From: an uncultured Pelagibacteraceae bacterium
GTDB taxonomy: Bacteria; Pseudomonadota; Alphaproteobacteria; Pelagibacterales; Pelagibacteraceae
Assembly: GCA_902595625.1 (NCBI GenBank)
Contig: CACJQQ010000005.1
Coordinates: 4,719-68,718, forward strand
Reading direction: 5' to 3'
DNA: 64,000 bases
Every line of letters begins with the position of its first letter. The stretch's first letter is position 1. Made by a program: the position numbers and the translations under genes. Positions 62,067-64,000 of the stretch are shown here, in pieces. The notes beneath the pieces were generated by a model that saw nothing but the letters and a program-made list of their open reading frames with translations, was not told the origin of the DNA and ran no database searches.

Positions 62067-63533
62067 ATGGCAAAAAAAACAACTGTTATTGGTTCAGGTT
62101 TCGGAGGTCTAGCTGCTGCTCTTAGATTAAAAGCTAAAGGGCATAAAGTTACTTTAGTAGAAAAACATCCTGATCTTGGAGGTCGTGCAAGAGTTTTTAA
62201 AAAAGATCAGTTTATTTATGACGGCGGCCCTACAGTAATAACTGCACCATATCTTTTTGAAGAATTATTTTCCCTATTCAATAAAAATATTACTGACTAT
62301 GTCGAAATAGTTCCCCTAGATCTATGGTACCGTTTTGTATTTAGTAACGGGGAAACATTTGATTACAATGGTGATGATAAATCTATGGAAGAACAAGTTA
62401 AAAAATTTAATCCTTCTGATTACGATGGATATAAAAATTTAGTAAATTTTACTGAAAAAATATTTGATAAAGGTTTTACAGATTTATCGGATAAACCCTT
62501 TAATAATTTAGTCTTTATGATGAAACAAATTCCATCTTTATTAAAATTAAAAAGTTATAAGTCAGTCTACAGTTTGGTTTCAAACTATATATCAAATGAA
62601 AAATTGAGAAGAGTATTTAGCATGCATCCTCTTTTAGTAGGTGGAAATCCTTTCAGTACTACTTCGATATATACATTAATTTTATTTTTAGAGAAAAAAT
62701 GGGGCATACATTACTCAATGGGAGGAACCGGAAGCGTAGTTAAAGCCTTAGAAAAGCTAATGATTGAAGAAAATATCAAAATTATTAAAGACGCTGAAGT
62801 TACTGAAATTATTACAGAAAATAAAAAAGTTAAAGGTGTAAAAATTAATAATTCAAAAATAATTAATAGTGATTATGTAATTTGTAACTCCGATCCTCCT
62901 AATGTTTACAACAACTTGATAAAATCGAAGGAAGATTATGATTTTTTATTTAAGCAAAAAATGAGAAGAATGGATTATTCAATGGGATTATTTGTTTATT
63001 ATTTTGGTTCTAAAAAAAAATATAGTGATGTTGCGCATCATACAATTTATTTTGGAGAAGATTATGAAAAACATCTTGATAAAATTTTTGAAAAGAAAAT
63101 ACTATCTGATGACATAAGCTATTATTTACATAGACCATCTGCAACAGATCCTAATATGGCTCCAGAAGGCCAAGATGCTTTTTATGTATTAGTTCCGGTA
63201 CCAAATAATTTGTCTAAAGTTAACTGGATCGATGAAGGCGATAAATTCAAAGATTTAGTTCTAGATAAAATGGATAAGACTGTTCTGCCTGGCATTAAAG
63301 AAAATGTGGTAAGTGATTTTTATTTAACACCTGATTATTTTGAAATCGATTTAGCAACTCTTTATGGATCCGGATTTTCAATTCAGCCAAAATTTTCTCA
63401 GTCAGCTTATTTTAGATTTCATAATCAATCTGAAATATATAAAAACTTATTTTTTGTTGGTGCCGGTACACACCCGGGTGCTGGAATGCCCGGTGTTCTT
63501 TCATCAGCAAAAGTTTTAGATAAATTGTTTTAA
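62067..63533 (+). CDS. crtI: Phytoene desaturase
   Basis: GSGFGG, DGGPTVIT, LLVGGNPF and VGAGTHPGAGMPGV motifs. Confidence 0.96.
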   Translation: MAKKTTVIGSGFGGLAAALRLKAKGHKVTLVEKHPDLGGRARVFKKDQFIYDGGPTVITAPYLFEELFSLFNKNITDYVEIVPLDLWYRFVFSNGETFDYNGDDKSMEEQVKKFNPSDYDGYKNLVNFTEKIFDKGFTDLSDKPFNNLVFMMKQIPSLLKLKSYKSVYSLVSNYISNEKLRRVFSMHPLLVGGNPFSTTSIYTLILFLEKKWGIHYSMGGTGSVVKALEKLMIEENIKIIKDAEVTEIITENKKVKGVKINNSKIINSDYVICNSDPPNVYNNLIKSKEDYDFLFKQKMRRMDYSMGLFVYYFGSKKKYSDVAHHTIYFGEDYEKHLDKIFEKKILSDDISYYLHRPSATDPNMAPEGQDAFYVLVPVPNNLSKVNWIDEGDKFKDLVLDKMDKTVLPGIKENVVSDFYLTPDYFEIDLATLYGSGFSIQPKFSQSAYFRFHNQSEIYKNLFFVGAGTHPGAGMPGVLSSAKVLDKLF

Positions 63534-64000
63534 TGAAAAGTAATTTACTAAAGAAACATGCTAAATCTTTTTATTGGGCAAGTTTTTTTCTATCGAGTAA
63601 TACTTTGGACAAATGCTCTTCTTTATATAATTTTTGTAGAACCTTAGACGATATTGTAGATGATGATAACAATCTGGAAATAAAAAAAGAAATTTTTTCA
63701 AAATTTAAAAGAGATTTTGAAAATAAAAATCTTAACAACCAGATTATAAAAGATATTTGGTCAGTTATTGACAACGAAAACATTTCTAAACAAATAATAA
63801 TAGATTTATTTGATGGAGTAGAAACAGACTTAAAAGAAAAAGTAGTGATAAATTCGAAAAAAGATTTGCTTGTTTATTCTTATAGAGTTGCTGGAACAGT
63901 CGGATTAATGATGTCAAAAATACTGAAAGTAAAAAATAAAGAGGCTTTAAAAGGCGCGATTGATCTTGGAATAGCCATGCAATTTACCAATATTGCTCGA
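63533..64000 (+). CDS. crtB: Phytoene synthase (partial, runs off window end)
   Basis: Not in ORF track. Manual translation from ATG 63533 gives MKSNLLKKHAKSFYWASFFL...LYNFCRTLDDIVD...YSYRVAGTVG...LGIAMQFTNIAR. Confidence 0.93.
   Translation, partial: MKSNLLKKHAKSFYWASFFLSSNTLDKCSSLYNFCRTLDDIVDDDNNLEIKKEIFSKFKRDFENKNLNNQIIKDIWSVIDNENISKQIIIDLFDGVETDLKEKVVINSKKDLLVYSYRVAGTVGLMMSKILKVKNKEALKGAIDLGIAMQFTNIAR

Noticed and set aside
63571-63783. 70-aa minus-strand ORF
   Set aside because: It is antisense to the partial crtB, which the ORF track missed because it lacks a stop within the window.

Overview
A very AT-rich, extremely gene-dense core-genome segment of a streamlined alphaproteobacterium. 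Gene content, order and composition are typical of Candidatus Pelagibacter/SAR11 (inference). In order it contains: the dcw cluster (mraZ-ftsZ-rsmH-ftsL-ftsI-murEF-mraY-murD-ftsW-murG, cut off in murG), rnpB, an amidase, mlaA/mlaC, tRNA-Ile2(CAT), yqeY-dnaG-rpoD, carAB, an ELM1-like gene plus a 2OG-Fe(II) oxygenase, trxB, aspC, uvrB-SDR-folB-uvrC-pgsA-methyltransferase, ilvE, MarR-OmpR-EnvZ, lgt to ychF, petABC, trmL-hemF-greA, cca with tRNA-Gln, ispE, a TPR protein, udg-rnhB-ccrM, a flavin monooxygenase, mutY, dciA-dsbA-smc, the ATP synthase F0 genes and crtI-crtB. I saw no mobile elements, prophage or CRISPR arrays. The most notable points are: (1) an 814-aa SMC with no recognisable hinge domain; (2) ftsZ between mraZ and rsmH; (3) a MurE-MurF fusion; (4) an uncharacterised ELM1-like/2OG-oxygenase gene pair; (5) divergent mutY/dciA genes that may start on one palindromic ATGCAT; (6) candidate MraZ, LexA, RegA and GANTC regulatory sites; (7) a cca gene starting 7 nt after a tRNA; (8) carotenoid genes abutting the F0 operon. 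All calls are by eye and motif recognition, with no database searches.
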